DNA from: Eledone cirrhosa
Lineage: Eukaryota
DNA length: 64,000 nt
Direction of reading: 5' to 3'
NCBI GenBank assembly: GCA_964016885.1
Contig: OZ024743.1
Location: 54,808,001-54,872,000, forward strand
The notes beneath the pieces are model-generated. The model saw only the letters and a list, made by a program, of their open reading frames with translations. It was not told where the DNA came from and did not search any database. Within the stretch, counting starts at the first letter, position 1. Each line of letters starts with the position of its first letter. The position numbers and the translations under genes were made by a program. Positions 24,887 through 39,635 of the stretch are shown one piece after another.

Positions 24887-27024
24887 ATGGCTATGAAAAA
24901 GAATTTTCATAGGTCACTCCCACTCATTCCGTCTTCTACTTCCCCCAATCGTCACTACAGCAGAGAGAAGATTGTCTCTCTCCCTTCCTTCTCTAAATGT
25001 GTCTCTCTCCCTCCCTTCTCTTTCGCAAGCGACGCCAGGAAAGAAAAATCACGTGCAAAGCGTGCAAGATTTCTCCACGACGACGACGACAAAGACGAAA
25101 AAGGTGTGCGGGAAATACGAAAACCCATTTCATTCGTCTGACGTCAGGAATAATAGCAGTAGCAGCCGTAATAACAGCAGCAGCAGCAACAGTGACAAGG
25201 AAAACAACAGTAGCAGCCGCAACAGCATCAGCAGTAGCATAAACAACAACAGCATTAGCAGCAACAGCAACAACAACAGCAGCAGCAGCAACAACAACAA
25301 CAACCACAGCAACAGCGGCAGCGGCAGTAGTCGTAGTACCTGCAGCAACAACAAAAGTAACAGCAGCTCTGACGACAACAACAACAACAGCAAAGCAAAA
25401 CAAATTTCGTTTGCAGGTATCGCAAAGAACCTGGAAGCCATCCTCATAACAAATGAGGAATTAGAGGAAGCGAAGAAGATGGTGACGAAAACCGGACACC
25501 GAGCAATCTGCAAGGCAGCCGAAAAAATTTTCGAAACCCAACAGCACTGTACGGTCACGTACCGTACAGTAAGCACAAAATCCCGTAGGGTTGAAAGAGC
25601 CACAGAGGCTCAAATACAAAAAGCCTTAGGGTCTGAGTGGCAGCGGAAAACGCACATCACCCGAGGCAAGAAATATGCCACCGTAGACGTGCTTTTTGCC
25701 ACACCCCAGGAGGCAAAGGTTCAATCCTTAGTGACCCTAAGGAGCGAGGAAATGGTGTTGGTGCCCTCCTACTGCGGGCAAAAAATTGTGAGGGTCAAAC
25801 TGACCCCCCCCCCCCCTCGGGATGGCCCATTCTTGGCTGGCCGCGTCTGTCCTCGTCGGAATCGAGGACAAAACAACTGTACTGCAAGTACAGAAAAAAG
25901 TAAGAGAAGATTGGGTCGGCACCTCCATTGAGATGTTAATCCAAACCAACCAGGAGTGCATCGAAGCTATCCCGGATATGATAGACTTCGATAACGGCAC
26001 TCAACTGCCCATAAGTGTTGCGGGCAAACACCCGAAATGCTTTCGCTGTGGATCGAAGACTCACCTCAGGGTCTTCTGCAACGAGAAGACCCTGAGAAAG
26101 GAGAAAACCCCCCTCCTTCCGAAACAGGCTCCACGGCTACCAGCAATAGGACAAGCGGCAACCAGGAACGATAGGTCCGTGGCACCCATACCCACGCCAC
26201 GGAAATCAAGAACAGCAGCAGCAGTGGGAGTATTAACAACAACAACAGTAATACCAAATGCAGCTGCAACAAAGACTCCACTGCAAACATCACCAACAAT
26301 AACAAGTGAAAGAGTGGAGTTGGTACCCCTCCCCGACCTCACAGAATCATACATGGAGTGTGAGGTGGGAGAGGGATGGCAAAAGGTCGTAAGAAGGCAC
26401 AAACGCAGAAGCAGCGCATCGTCGCCTTCGAAAAGGGAAGAAAGAAATGAAAAAAGGGTAAAGGCTACTGCAAAGAGACTCACAGCAGCAACACCACCAA
26501 CACCCTCACCACCCACACTAGCACCACCATCACCACCGGCGACAACCCCACCGCCAACAACAACAACACCTTCAACACCACCACCACAAGCACCAATATC
26601 GCAAACACAACAACAAAACACACACACCCAGCAACAACAACAAGAAAATAGCAGAACCACACCCCACCCGCAGAAAAACAAATGCACGGCAATAAATACA
26701 CACAATAAGAAACAAATGACTTACATAATTGAACACACAGACATTTCACAGCACGACTACATAATACTAACACCAATCAAAAGGCCAACGAACATAAGAC
26801 TGCTAAAAATAGCACAGAAACAATACACAAACATTAAAACGAAATTCCCCAACTCAGTTGGTGATTTCAGAGACCTAAGAGGGACTCTCAACCGAAGAGT
26901 ATATTCGGACATACTCATAGAAGAGCCGACGACCAGCCGAAGGGACGATTCAACGGTCCCTTCACCAGACGATCAAGTGAAAATGGATGGACAAACCATC
27001 CTTCCTCTACGAAAAGTACGGTAA
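24887..27024 (+). pseudogene. LINE ORF1, frameshifted
   Basis: ATG after an A-run as in element 1; spread over three frames (one shift at the poly-C near 25805); CFRCGSKTHLRVFC zinc knuckle. Confidence 0.8.
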
Positions 27025-27059
27025 GTGGTCTTTCCCATCTTTTCCACTCTATTTTAAAC

Positions 27060-30000
27060 ATGACCTCACTCAGAATAGGCAGCATAAATGCGCGTGGCTT
27101 GGGGTCGTCATGGAAGCAGGGTCACCTGCTCAACGACCTCAGGTCACTAAACATAAATGTAGTGGCCATCAGCGAGACCAGAATCTCCGAAGCACGGGCC
27201 TTCGCACCGATCTTCGGCGGCTACGATGTGTACGCATCTCCCAGCCGTCCTGGATCGGGGGGAGGAGTTGCTGTGCTTTTTCGGAGAGGTTTGGATCTCG
27301 CCATACGGGCCATCTTCCTGGACCCAGAGGGTAAGTTGGTGGTGCTGGACGTGACCAGCGGAGACGGGCAAGCTTTCAGGCTAGTGGCCGTCTGTGCCCC
27401 GACAGGAGCAGGGCGGCCTGATTTCTTCCGGCTTCTGGAGACCTTTCTTGGAACGTCCCGCTCTTTAGTGTTAGTGGGCGACTGGAACGGGATCTTAGAT
27501 GCACGTTGTGACTGTGTGGGATTAGCGGATAGGGGTGGAGGGTGCAAGAGCCTCACCAACCTGCTCAGGCGTTTTGAACTGTCTGACAGGTACTGATTGG
27601 ATTTCCCGAATGTGCCAATGTGGACTTGGACAAATCGGAGAGGGTCATCCAGATCATATCTACATAGAGTATTTTGTAGGGAAATAGATAGGTCTAGCAT
27701 AGGCTGTCCACAATTCAAGATAGTCAGCTACACGGACCACAAATTCGTGATCTGTGTGCTTGACTTAGATAGGATTCATAGACGAGGACCCGGCTACTGG
27801 AAGCTAAACGCGTCCTTACCAGCGCGCAAGGCCTACAGAGACCGGATTAGCGAACTAGTTAAGCGGGCGTTGACGGGGCCCATCGTCAACAACAAGTGGT
27901 GGTTTGCTCTGAAAAGAGCGATTAGAATAGAATCCATTAGATTTAGTAAGGCTTTACCAATAGAGAAAAATAGAGCAGAGGGAGAACTAGTTAGAAAATT
28001 AGACGAGGCGCTTAGCAAAGGCATTGCGACCGACTTGCTTGCGGCGAAATTGGCCCTTGGCCAATTCTTCAATGCAAAGCACGAAGGCTGCGTTGTCAGA
28101 GCTAGGGTGCGTGCTCTCAGACACGAGGAGACGAAAGCCGTTCAATGGGCCCGAGTGGCAGAGGCGCATCGTGGCAACAAAGCCACGATCCGGTCTTTGG
28201 TGGACCACGACGGGCGCATGCTACTAGATCCCGGGAAAATGTGTGAAGCTTTTCAGCGACACTTCGCTCAGCTGTTCGGGGGCAGTGGTGGGTCGGGTCG
28301 AGGGATGGACTTTAGTGTCTACCTCGACGGACAGCCGCGGCTATCGGTCACTGAGGCGGAGTTTTGCGAAAAGCCGATAACAACCGCTGAAGTACGGGAG
28401 GCAATGACTGGCTGCACAAGGAGTAAATCGCCTGGTTTGGATGGTCTGCCCTATGAACTTTACGTACAGATGCCAGACTTGTTCGGAGGCCTCTTGGCGG
28501 ACGTCTACTGCAACTGGCAACAGAACGGGAGAATTCCCAGTTCTGTGAGCCGAGGAGCGGTGGCGCTGCTGAGAAAGGATCCGAACAAGGGGGATAACAT
28601 AGACAATTTTAGGCCCATAACTCTGCTAAACACAGAGTTCAAGATTTTGGCCAAGGTGCTAGCAAAGAGGTTGGCGCTTGTCGTTGGTGGTCTGGTGGGA
28701 GAGGCGCAGACATGCGCCATTCCCGAGAGATCCATCCACGACAACCTCCACCTCATGCAATACATCGTAGAGAGGGTAGCTAGGGAACCTGGAACGGGTG
28801 GGTCCTTGATCAATTTAGATCAGTCGAAAACTTTCGATAGGGTCGACCATCGTTACCTAGCGGCAGTCCTGAGGCGGCTGGCTTTGGGCCCGTCTTCAGA
28901 GGCTGGATCGCTGCCATGCACAGCGACATCTGCTCTGTGGTGAGAGTGAACGGTCACCTTTCGGAACCGTTCAACATCATGCGCTCGGTCCGCCAAGGAT
29001 GTCCCCTCTCGTCCCTCTTGTACGTATTGACTCTCGAGCCATTACTGCACAAACTGGAAACGTTGAGAGGCGTCCCGCGCGAACTAGGATGCGGAAGATC
29101 CACGTCAGCATATGCGGACGATGTCACCGTAGTGGTGTCGAACGCCAAACACATCGAGGCGATCGGCACTACACTAAGAGAATACGAAGCGGTGACAGGA
29201 GCAATGATCAACCAGGAAAAGTCAGTGGGCCTGCAGCCCGGCACCTGAAGAGGCAGGTCCATGCCGTCCAACAGCGTCGTCGGACGCTGGACAGACGGAC
29301 CGGTTAAATTGCTAGGGGTCTGGTTCGGTCCGGACCTCCAGACGGACAAAAACTTGTACGAGGTGACGAGCAGGGTGGCTTCTCTCACCCAGAAATGGGC
29401 GGAGAGAAAGCTATCCCTGAAAGGTCGAGCGCAGGTGGCTAACGCGTACATCGCGTCTGTCATCTGCTACCGCCTGACCGTCGTACCTTGTTCTAAGCCC
29501 CGCCTGACTGCGCTGGAGCGTTTGCTCTTTCGCTTTTTGTGGAAGGGACGCGCTCCGATGGTCAGGAGGTCCATCTGCTGTCAACACCCGCTACGTGGAG
29601 GGCTGGGCATGCCGTGGCTGATGATGCGCAGACACGCGCTCAGGCTACGACATCTCCACCTCTTCCTCGGCGGTGATCAGGTGTGGTCGCCGTTTGCTAG
29701 AGACGTATTTCCCCAGCTTGTTTCCTTGACGGAGCTGCAGTCCTGGGTCAAGCGAAGACCGAGAGGGAGCGCCTGGAGTCTGGAATGTCTTTAGGCGCTC
29801 ACAGCCCTCGACCAATCGGGTAATGTGATCGGTGGAAACTCCACCTCGGCGTTCTATAGAGGATTAGTGGAGAGGAAGAGCGACGACGTACTTGGGGAAA
29901 CTCTAGGCTTCGACTAAAATCAACTAGCCAATCTCTTCGGAAGAACTTTCGGGCCGGGACCTATGGACAACTTCCAGAAATCTCTGGCCTGGCAGTGCTA

Positions 30001-30479
30001 CTGAAGAGCCTTGCCAGTTCGGGATAAACTCTACAGGCGGTGCCGTCAGCCGGGCATGTCCGAGATGCGCGCAGGGCGACGAAACCGTCCTGCATGCACT
30101 CATCCAATGTCCGAAAATTGCTGACTTGTGGGTTTATGTCGAACACCTGCTGTCGCGTGTAGGACGGATCCGGCTATCATCTGAGTCCATCGTGAGGATT
30201 GCCCCGCCCTCTTCCTTTAGCCGGGAAGGGCAGGCAGTTTTTATCTGTCTGGTGGCCATGGCGAAAGAGATAGTATGGTGGACACGTTTGAAAGGGCTGA
30301 AGACGAGCACTTACCTCTTCGGTGATGCCCTGATTAACTTTTTCAAATTTCATTTGAAAAGGAAAATCAGGGTAGAGAGGGAAGTGCTCTCTTCCCAGCA
30401 TTTTGTTGAAAGATGGGTGAGAGAAGCAAGAATGACCCGAGTGAATGGGGCCTACTCTGAGTACGTATCTGTAAATTAA
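27060..30479 (+). pseudogene. LINE ORF2 with stops and frameshifts
   Basis: Segments 27060-27596, 27597-28943, 28916-29248, 29261-29794 and 30126-30479 are collinear with the intact ORF2; QGCPLS and YADD present. Confidence 0.93.
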
Positions 30480-30799
30480 AGGTTGAAAACTGGGAGAAGG
30501 CACTTACCTTGGTGGTCAGGGTCACTGTGGCCTTTTACTGGGCTTTCTCCGCAAATGTTCGTCCGAAGTCACCCCCCCCCCCCTATTGGGGAATTTTTCA
30601 TTGTTATTTTTTTGTTACATCCTCTGTTTTTGTTTTTTACACGCAGAAATGCCCATTTGTACCGTCCTGTATTGTCCTGCACTGTCCTTAATGTCCACTT
30701 TATGTAAACCCTTATGGTTAATAAAGAAATCATTCTTCTTCTTCTTCTTCTTCTTCTTCTTCTTCTTCTTCTTCTTCTTCTTCTTCTTCTTCTACTTCT

Positions 30800-31075
30800 T
30801 CCAATTATTCCTGAGAGAGTCGTGGAAGCAGAATCCTCAAACCTCCATCCAGCAGGTCCTGTCAGAAGCAAGGGTCTCCAACTGATCCAGCTAGATCCGC
30901 AAGCGAAACCAGCCAAACTCAAGGATTTTATCCAAACAACTTGCTGAGTGTTTATCCAAGGGTCTCCTGACCGGTGGCTTTGACCGTACAGTCTGTCCAG
31001 CAATTCTTTCCTCAGACATTCTAACCACATACCCATCGTATCAGAGATGAGATAGGCTTGACAATTTTCCAAACT
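30800..31075 (-). pseudogene. RTE-clade LINE 3' fragment, probably owning the (GAA)n tail at 30735-30800
   Basis: Shares GACATTCTAACCACAT with ~498-513 and is similar to 54600-54830. Confidence 0.6.
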
Positions 31076-31182
31076 ATAATTTCAAATATTTTTTTCCGGA
31101 GAATAAGATGTAGGCATGAGTGAAGGTGCCGTATATTGTAAGGGTTCTCTAGAGTGCTAAATAATCAGGCGCTGCAACTGGT

Positions 31183-31248
31183 AGCAGGAGGCTAGCACTG
31201 ATGGCAGTAGGCCAGCACTGGTGGCAGGAGGCTAGCACTGGTGGCAAG
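31183..31248 (+). repeat. 19-bp minisatellite, ~3.5 copies
   Basis: GCAGGAGGCTAGCACTGGT-like unit repeated in tandem. Confidence 0.75.
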
Positions 31249-31541
31249 ATGGAAAAGGAAGAAAATCCCATACGGAATCAATACGATCAAAATAATTATG
31301 GATTGTTTATGGAGATATATGTTGAAACATCATGATTATATAATTGCATTAAGTTAACATTGTATAAATCTCTATAGTAACTGTTCCATCGTATATTCAA
31401 TAGTCTCGTTGTTTATGTGTTTATGTTGATCTATCTATGCCGTAAATCATAATTATATGATCATTAGCAATGCCAAAATAGGTCTAGTATTTTATTCAAT
31501 GTAACTACACACGGTCACGTTATATAAAATATTGTGTACAA

Positions 31542-31578
<37 letters not shown>

Positions 31579-31593
31579 ATATATATACATATA

Positions 31594-31633
<40 letters not shown>

Positions 31634-31727
31634 TGTGTATATATATATTTATATATATGTGTATATATATTTATATGTATGTATGTATATATATATATAT
31701 GTATATATATATTTATATGTATGTATG

Positions 31728-31808
<81 letters not shown>

Positions 31809-32476
31809 CACCCATACACACACGCACAACTCTCTCCCCCATTTCTACTAATATAATCACCCCCCCCCCACACACACACACACAAGCACACAAATAAACA
31901 TACATATCTCTACTTTCTTTATTTCAATAGAAAGTCTGAATTCTGACACCGTAGCGAACCGGCCATATTCACTGAACCAGAACAATTCTCCCCATCCCAT
32001 TTCTCCTAACCATTATCTTTTGTTTGGCACAACATTCTCTAAAAGGCTACAAAATAAATTCCCAAATACGCGCGCAAAATTTAATGAACTTGTTCACGTG
32101 ACAGTCATAATTTCATTTATACTCAATCAAATTAAATTTTTTTAAAAATACCTTCGTGAGCCACTTTTTTAAAGTAAAAAGAAATTCAAACACAAACTGG
32201 CGCGAAAGCTGATGTGCTTATTCACGTGACTGCATCAACCAACCAATCTTCATTCATATATGAAAAAACAACCTGAGCCCACCCCCACCCCCACCTCCTT
32301 GTTTGAAGAACTTTGTAATGCGAACTGGCGCGAAATGTATTATACCTATTCACCAACCAATCAGATTACTTCTCCTAAAACCTGGCATTTCGAGCCACTT
32401 TTTTCCATATAAAACAAGTAACATTCAAAGAGCAACCAGATGTGAGAAAAACCACAGACCCTCCATCTCAACTCTA

Positions 32477-32511
32477 CTTTTGAAAAGCAGAAGAACTGGA
32501 AACCGGTAAAG
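32477..32511 (+). ncRNA. Minimal hammerhead, U3-A8 variant
   Basis: ctt-TTGAAAA-gcag aagaa ctg-GAAAC cg GTA-aag; lies in a repeat (~32447-32645) shared with 61633-61950. Confidence 0.65.
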
Positions 32512-32659
32512 GAACCAAATAAATATATATACCTTTTTAAAAAAGACTCCAGTTGCATTTTCGATTTCATCTTTTTTCCTTATACTTTCACTCGTGTAGG
32601 ACACCTCGGTTATTTTTCATTTTGTAAAAAAACCCTCACTTTCTAATATATATATATAT

Positions 32660-32701
<42 letters not shown>

Positions 32702-32722
32702 TATATACATATATACATACAT

Positions 32723-32807
<85 letters not shown>

Positions 32808-32815
32808 TGTGCATG

Positions 32816-32847
<32 letters not shown>

Positions 32848-33096
32848 TATATATATATATGCGTGTGCATGTATATATATATATATAGCTTTTCCTCCTA
32901 TGTTGTTTACTTGTCTCACTCGCTTTACGCGTTTCACTTGTCCCAATAGCTTATTTTAGTTATTGCTCGCACAAACCTGAGGTATATGATTTTTAATGCG
33001 ATGAAATACCAATGATCGTTGGCAAATCACTGATGAGGGACTAATTTTATAATATGTAATCCATGTGCAACCATGAAGTATTCTTCTCCCCATGTT

Positions 33097-33191
<95 letters not shown>

Positions 33192-33263
33192 CATATATAT
33201 ACATGCATACATAAATACAGACATACTTACAGTAGTCTCTTACAATTAAGTTTTTCCGAGCCG

Positions 33264-33715
33264 TGTAATATAATTGAATAAACAAGAGAGATGAACATTA
33301 ATATAAACATACATGTGTTCGAATCGTGAGGCTATTTTTAGCGGCATGGGATTTCAAGACAAGCTGGATTCCGGATACACGTGCGCTATTTCATATCGCC
33401 CCCAATTCAGTCTTCTAATATCTTTAGAAGTAGAAGGATCACTAATTTCTCAACAACTACTGAGGAGCAGAGAAACGTGTTGACTTTACTTAATAAGATG
33501 TTGCGGAACAGTTTTCAAAACTGTGTAGTTGTTACCAGGCTATTGCCCGATATAGGTCTATTATTTTTCTTAATTTACTACTTAAAATTAAGTCTGACAA
33601 ACCATACTTCTGTAGTTAGTATTTTTTCACCCTAGCTAACCTAGTCCTTTCGATTCGAACACATGTATGTTTATATTAGTGTTCATCTCTCTTGTTTATT
33701 CAATTATATATTACA
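33264..33715. mobile_element. Two-armed insert with degenerate hammerhead (33452-33533, +)
   Basis: ~60-bp terminal inverted arms; aacaacta-CTGAGGA-gcag...ttgc-GGAAC agttttcaaaact GTG-tagttgtt. Confidence 0.65.
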
Positions 33716-34229
33716 TACTTACATATATATACATATATATATATACATACGTATATATAGATACATATGATGGGTGCCACTCGATTTCCAGTCATGGTAT
33801 TATTTGATACTTAAGCATGAGCATCACGAACGTCACCTTTTAGTCCTGCCTATCGGACTTGCCTATATCCAGCCATGCATATATCAAGCGATGCTCGTGC
33901 TTGAAACTTTTTTAAGTGAGGAAAGGCTTTGCACGGGGTCAATCCCACTCTTTGAACATCAAATGCATTTACCCCAAAAGAACTTGTCTACATCATTCGA
34001 TGCAAAGGAAATCGCATGTTTTATGACATTTTTCTAGAAAGAAATATCTTAATGAAGACTAGGAATCTCTCGGTCCACAAAAACCAATTTTATTCGATAG
34101 CCGTTGACTCTTATGAGTTTTCCCGCCCGTTGACGGGTTTTGCTTTTCATCCCGCAGGGTGTCCAGAATTTGTGGGTTTTCCGGTTTAGTCACCGACGAG
34201 CCGACCAGGCACAGGTTGTTCTAGGTTAC

Positions 34230-34418
34230 ATTTTACCAGTTGTGCCCAGTAGGTGCCAATATACTATGTATAGGTATGTTAGTAACTGCCTCAATACAAA
34301 TCTTGAGAAGCTGGGCTTCAGAGAAACAGAAAGAACACGACTAGTTAGGAAATTACAAGTACAATCCATTAATGGAACAGTAAAAATATGTAAAATATTC
34401 CAAACATTCTGCATCTAA
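34230..34418 (+). pseudogene. R4/Dong-like (RLE) retrotransposon C-terminal fragment
   Basis: YVSNCLNTNLEKLGF...RKLQVQSINGTVKICK resembles the region after the RLE domain (recognised from memory, not searched). Confidence 0.55.
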
Positions 34419-35726
34419 TAATTGCATATACACATGTACAGATACAAAGCATATGTACATGCCACATATAACTCAAAACATCCACATCCACACATGCAAT
34501 AACATCCATACCTGCACAAATATGCATGCATGCAGAGATACATATCTACCTAGTTGATGTTGTGTAAATTCGAAAGAGAGAGTCTTGTATCTATGTTAGA
34601 AACCGACTCTCTCTCTATTGGCAAAAATTTGTGAAATTATAAAACCAGAAGAACATACATACATAAATATGTGTGTGTTTAATGATATATACATATGTGT
34701 GTATATATGTTTGTGTGTGTGTAATGAAATGCTGTAGTTTGTTTGAAGCCTTGTATATAATTTATAATGAGGAAAGTGATATATGCAAAATTGGCGACAA
34801 GATGAAGGCAACGAAAAAGTTAGTTACCTAGTAATCTTTTATTTTTGGTTTTCTCGTCCTAATACTTCTGGATTTAAAATTCCCTTCGTCACTGTATAGG
34901 GAACTATCAGAGGAAATAACGTTCCGGTCTATTCGCTTTGAAATTAGATTTAAATTTATAATTCCTATACCACTTTCAAGAGTCGTTTGACGCTTGCTGT
35001 AGTATTCACGAGTAGCATGAAGATGGCGTCATTTGCCGTATGTATTATCTCATGGAATCAAATTACTTGAGTAAATTGATTTGTTTAAGATGCGTGGGTT
35101 CTCGTGTAGGTATGTTCTTTTATGTCAAGTATTGTGGATATTGGCTACCTGTTTGACTTCAGTACATCCATGTAGTGTGCGGTGTGAGTGATCTGGTCCT
35201 CTATCTTGCTGCATTTATTCCTCCTTTAACATCTGCCTCATGAAAGTACCACACTTCATAGAAAACATAACCACAGATATCCGCAAGAAAGAACTGGACT
35301 CACAATTAGCTCACTCCGGCCCTTCACTACGTGGATACCTATCTAAAAACGATCCAGAGACAACAACAACCTATGCACGCTCACTAATTTCCCTATCCAC
35401 GAAACAGGTATGAGTCAGCTGACATGTGATATACCAGATTGACTACTCCACACAGGCATTAAAGAACACCTCCACACACATGCATCCTCATTCAAAAATT
35501 ACATAGACAGATGCAGAAACAAACATATAACAGTCAATATTTTTACGTATATTTTTACAATATATATTTATGTTTCTATACATATAATGACGACGACTCG
35601 TTAGGGCGTTGACTACAAACCTTTGCGGTAATTTTCCCTGGTATCAGACATTTACTTCCAAATCCCAATAAAATTTGACGTCAACTTGATCTTTCATTGT
35701 TTTGGGATCATTAAATTACGCACATA

Positions 35727-35797
<71 letters not shown>

Positions 35798-35828
35798 ATC
35801 TCTCCATCGCTCTCTTTCTCTTTCTTTT

Positions 35829-35892
<64 letters not shown>

Positions 35893-36894
35893 TAATATAA
35901 ACCATTGGAGGTCATTTCTTATTCTATCCGTGAATCACACAATCATGACTGCGAGGCGCAGCTGAGGTATTCAGCCCAGCCAAGAGTCAGCTACTAGTGT
36001 AGAGTTTGTTCGCCTCCACCCCTTCTTCCATTTAAAAGGTTCTTCGCGGTTTCAACCACCTTTTCTCTATTTTCAATCTTCCAGTTTGCAGGTATACATA
36101 ACTGAATGCAATTTTGACTGAATAACATGTATAAATTATTACATAAATCATTTTCCTGTGAATAACCAATCGGCGGATTGTGGATTATCGCTGGTAAAAG
36201 TTAATCCGTCATCACTGTAAAAACTGCTTTTGACGATAGGGAATTTCTGTCTAAATTCACTCACTTAGCCTAATATGATTGATCACTTCAGCTGAATCAT
36301 TTGCACCCATACTCACAACAACAGTTGTTCCAGATCCAAAGTGATTTATCAAAGTTGATCACCGTTTTTGTAACCTACAACATATTATCAAACTAGATCT
36401 CAACTATTTGTATTTGTTCTAGAAACCGATGACTTGATACTCGTAGCGCTATAGATACACTGTAAATTTAATGCGCAAATGGTTTAGCATTTCACAGATA
36501 AGGGTACCCATAACGTAGTTCTCAGGATCAATCAACGTTATAGAGCGGGTGACATTGCCAGAATTTTGAATCAGAGATAGAACACTAAGTTTCCCAGCCG
36601 ATTTGAGTAGATCAACGGGAAAAAAAGTTTTTTTCGGAAGGATTTAATGATGTGCCACTGGAAATCAAATTCTTGATCTAACGTTTGTGAACTAAACAAC
36701 CTTAAGGACTACGCCACACGCCTTCACATTAAATTTCTATACACTGTTAAGAACGAGGTTATAATTTATCAAGCGGTTTCTGGGTGTAATATCAAAGATC
36801 AGAAAGAAATCAGACGATTTCCACCTCCAACATTAAATCAAAGAAATATCAGTTCAGAAGAATGTTCAGAAACTGCCTATTCAAAGTAGTTAAA

Positions 36895-36995
36895 AGCGCG
36901 TAGCCTAGTGGTTAGGGCTTTGCACTCAGGAATGTGGGTTCGATTCCAGGACCATCAGACGCGTTGTGTTATTAAGTAAGTCGCTTCATTTCACG
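36895..36995 (+). mobile_element. Old tRNA-derived CORE-like SINE
   Basis: TAGCCTAGTGGTTAG A box and GGTTCGATTCC B box, then GTTGTGTT...CTTCATTTCACG. Similar relics at ~43098-43215 (+) and ~36650-36727 (-). Confidence 0.6.
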
Positions 36996-37851
36996 TAGAT
37001 TTTCGTGGTAGCACTGGGAACCGTATAATTAAAACACTCGAGAAACGTGAGATACAACCTCATATGAGGCCAGTTGAACCTGAAATTTTTTTATTTTTGT
37101 ATTTCATTCTAATCAGTTACATGTGTTTCTTATAGCCCCGGGCAATATAATAAACAAGCAAGTAGTGTTACACACGTAACTCACAGACAAGGAAATTGCA
37201 AATCATAAAAAAAGACAAAAACACTATACTGAAATTAAATATTCTCTCTAAATAAGAAGGAAGCTAAGAAAATGGGCATTGAAATTAGTTACATATACTG
37301 TTGCTTGTAATCTCTGCCAATACAATAAACAGGCCGAGTCACACTCACAAATCCAAAGTACTCTTCTGAAAGCGGATATATTACACCACTAATATCATTT
37401 AACGCTAATCTGACACATTCACTCAGCAAAAGGAACACACCCACCGCATGTGTTGAATTTAATTTTGTTTTTTCTAATGTGTGTGTGTGAGTATATATAT
37501 AATATATATAATATATACATATATGTGTGCGTGTGTGTGTGTGTGTGTGGGGGGGGGGGGTTAGGGTGATTGTGGCTTCTACAGGACTAGAACTGTTTTA
37601 TTCGTATAAGCTCATCAGGTAGGCTTGTTAATTTCAGACAAATGAAACAGTTCTAGTCCCGTAGAAGCCATTTCTATACTTAAAAAGGATGTTTACACTC
37701 TACTAATGTATTGAGTACTTTATTTACTGTGGTTACCCCCCGATTTAACTCGGGATATATATATATATATATATATATACATAAAAATAAGGTGTACATG
37801 TGTGTGTATGTGTGTATTTACATATACATTAGATGTTCATATCTCTATATA

Positions 37852-38040
37852 TAATTGTTTCTACTTTTGGCACAATGCCAGCAATTACCCAGTGCATTAC
37901 TGGTACTTTATTTTATCGACCCCGTAAGGATGAAAGGCAAAGTCAACCTCGACGAGATGTGAACTCAGATCATAAAGGGACGTAACTATACTGGAAAGCA
38001 TGGCGTCCGACCCTCTACCGATACTGCCAATCCACCGCCT
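37852..38040 (-). mobile_element. Full-length tRNA-derived SINE
   Basis: Same family as 921-1111. Confidence 0.85.
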
Positions 38041-38739
38041 AATGTAATGTAGTTCGACTATTTGTCTCATATGCACTTAAAAAACCAGTAAACCAATCAA
38101 CTTCAAATGTGGCATGAGAGTTCCTTACACCCACGAATATGTTTTCCTCACACTTGTAGTTATATTCATTTGTTTATAAGCTTGTTTGTCAGTTTGTCAA
38201 TCTGTTGTCATGGTGGTCGTTGTGACTTATCGTCTTTACTACGACGGGAATTTACGGAAAATAGAGTGAATGAAGAATTGAGGATTGGAGAGAAAGTCTG
38301 TATACATGGAATTAAATAGAGTACTGTAAGCTAAAGATGGAACTAAGCTAGTAAGTTAACAATGTTTAAACGAGAAGAGAAAGAAACAGAAATAAAGAAA
38401 ACGAGAAAAGGAGTGACACGTGGTCAACATAGTAGCCGACATTATGAGAACTAGAGGTGGGCATATGCCTTGCCAAGGGAGGCGTGAGATGGACACACAA
38501 TGGAGGCCTATCTTGAGACCACAAAGAAGATCCAGAAGAGGGCAATTGGTAGATGGAACGTTACAAGCCTGATAGATAAGGAGCAGGAATGAAGGAGAAG
38601 GTCTGACGCTACCGGCTAGATATAGTCGGGGTTTCTTCAATAAAGTTCCAGGGCTCCGATACTGTTTTAGATAGAGGATGGAAACCCCATCATGTGTGGT
38701 GCTAGAAATGACTGCATGGACCGGATTGGGGATATTCAA

Positions 38740-39450
38740 AAGCCCCCGTTTGTCGAAGTGTGTTATAGACTGGATTACAATGACAGGGCTGATCTTAGGC
38801 TGGAAACAAAGATCCCCGTGGATAGTGTAAGTTTATGCACCAGAGAATTCAAACCTTGATGAAGTCACCGGAGCGATAGATATAGTAAGGACTGAGTCAT
38901 ATATCCTAATGGGAGACTTCAGTGCACATGTTCTAGCAATGGACGCTCTGCCATGAACACCCTCTTCCATAATTGCACATGGCATGATGGAAATCGGGGA
39001 CAAATTTCAATAATTGATTTTATTAGTGTGATGGCGAGTGTCAAAGTACCCCTTGGTTCAATCAGGAAGTTAAATTTGTTATCCGAGCAAAGAAGGAAGC
39101 TTACATAGCTTGGCATAGAAATAAGTCCTCCTTTTTGCACTTATGGTACAAGGAGGCGGGAAACGTGGCAGCAGCAACAGTAAAGGCCTCCAAAATTAAG
39201 TCATGGGAGGACTTTGAAGTTAAACCGGAATCTGACGTTAGATCAGCATATAAAATATTCTGGTAGATCATCCGCCGAATTCGTAAAAAGTCCCACTTTA
39301 CGTCTGGTATAAGGAATGCGACTGGTGCTCTTCTCTCTTCGGAGAGAGGCATCGTCGCGAGGTTGAGAAAATACTTTGCTGATCTCCTAAACCTGGTCAC
39401 AACATCTTCTAAGATACATGAGGTGCATCTAGGAGCGAGGGCAGGACACA
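38740..39450 (+). pseudogene. Degenerate RTE-clade endonuclease region
   Basis: VYAP, ILMGDFSAHV, IIDFI and IVARLRKYFADLLN motifs in broken frames. Confidence 0.6.
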
Positions 39451-39543
39451 AGAGCAATTAAGTAGCTCAATATATATGTATATATACACACACACACACA
39501 CATACGCACACACGCACACAGACTTATATATATATATATATAA

Positions 39544-39635
<92 letters not shown>

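Larger units (their letters stand above)
24672..30731 (+). mobile_element. Full-length Tx1/L1-clade LINE, decayed
   Basis: Starts after an (ATT)n tract and ends AATAAAGAAATC-ATT(CTT)n; homologous to 12730-18562. Confidence 0.92.

Noticed and set aside
33029-33085. CTGATGAG motif here, and CTGAATGAG...GAAA at ~57232-57270
   Set aside because: No matching GAAA-stem III-NUH and helix I pairing could be built.
35380-35500. GIY-YIG-like remnant (LHTGIKEH)
   Set aside because: Too degenerate to call, though possibly an old PLE.
36259-36380. Possible minus-strand host exon bounded by TAG and GTGAGT
   Set aside because: All three frames hit a stop across the full interval and no homology is recognisable; it cannot be supported without RNA-seq.
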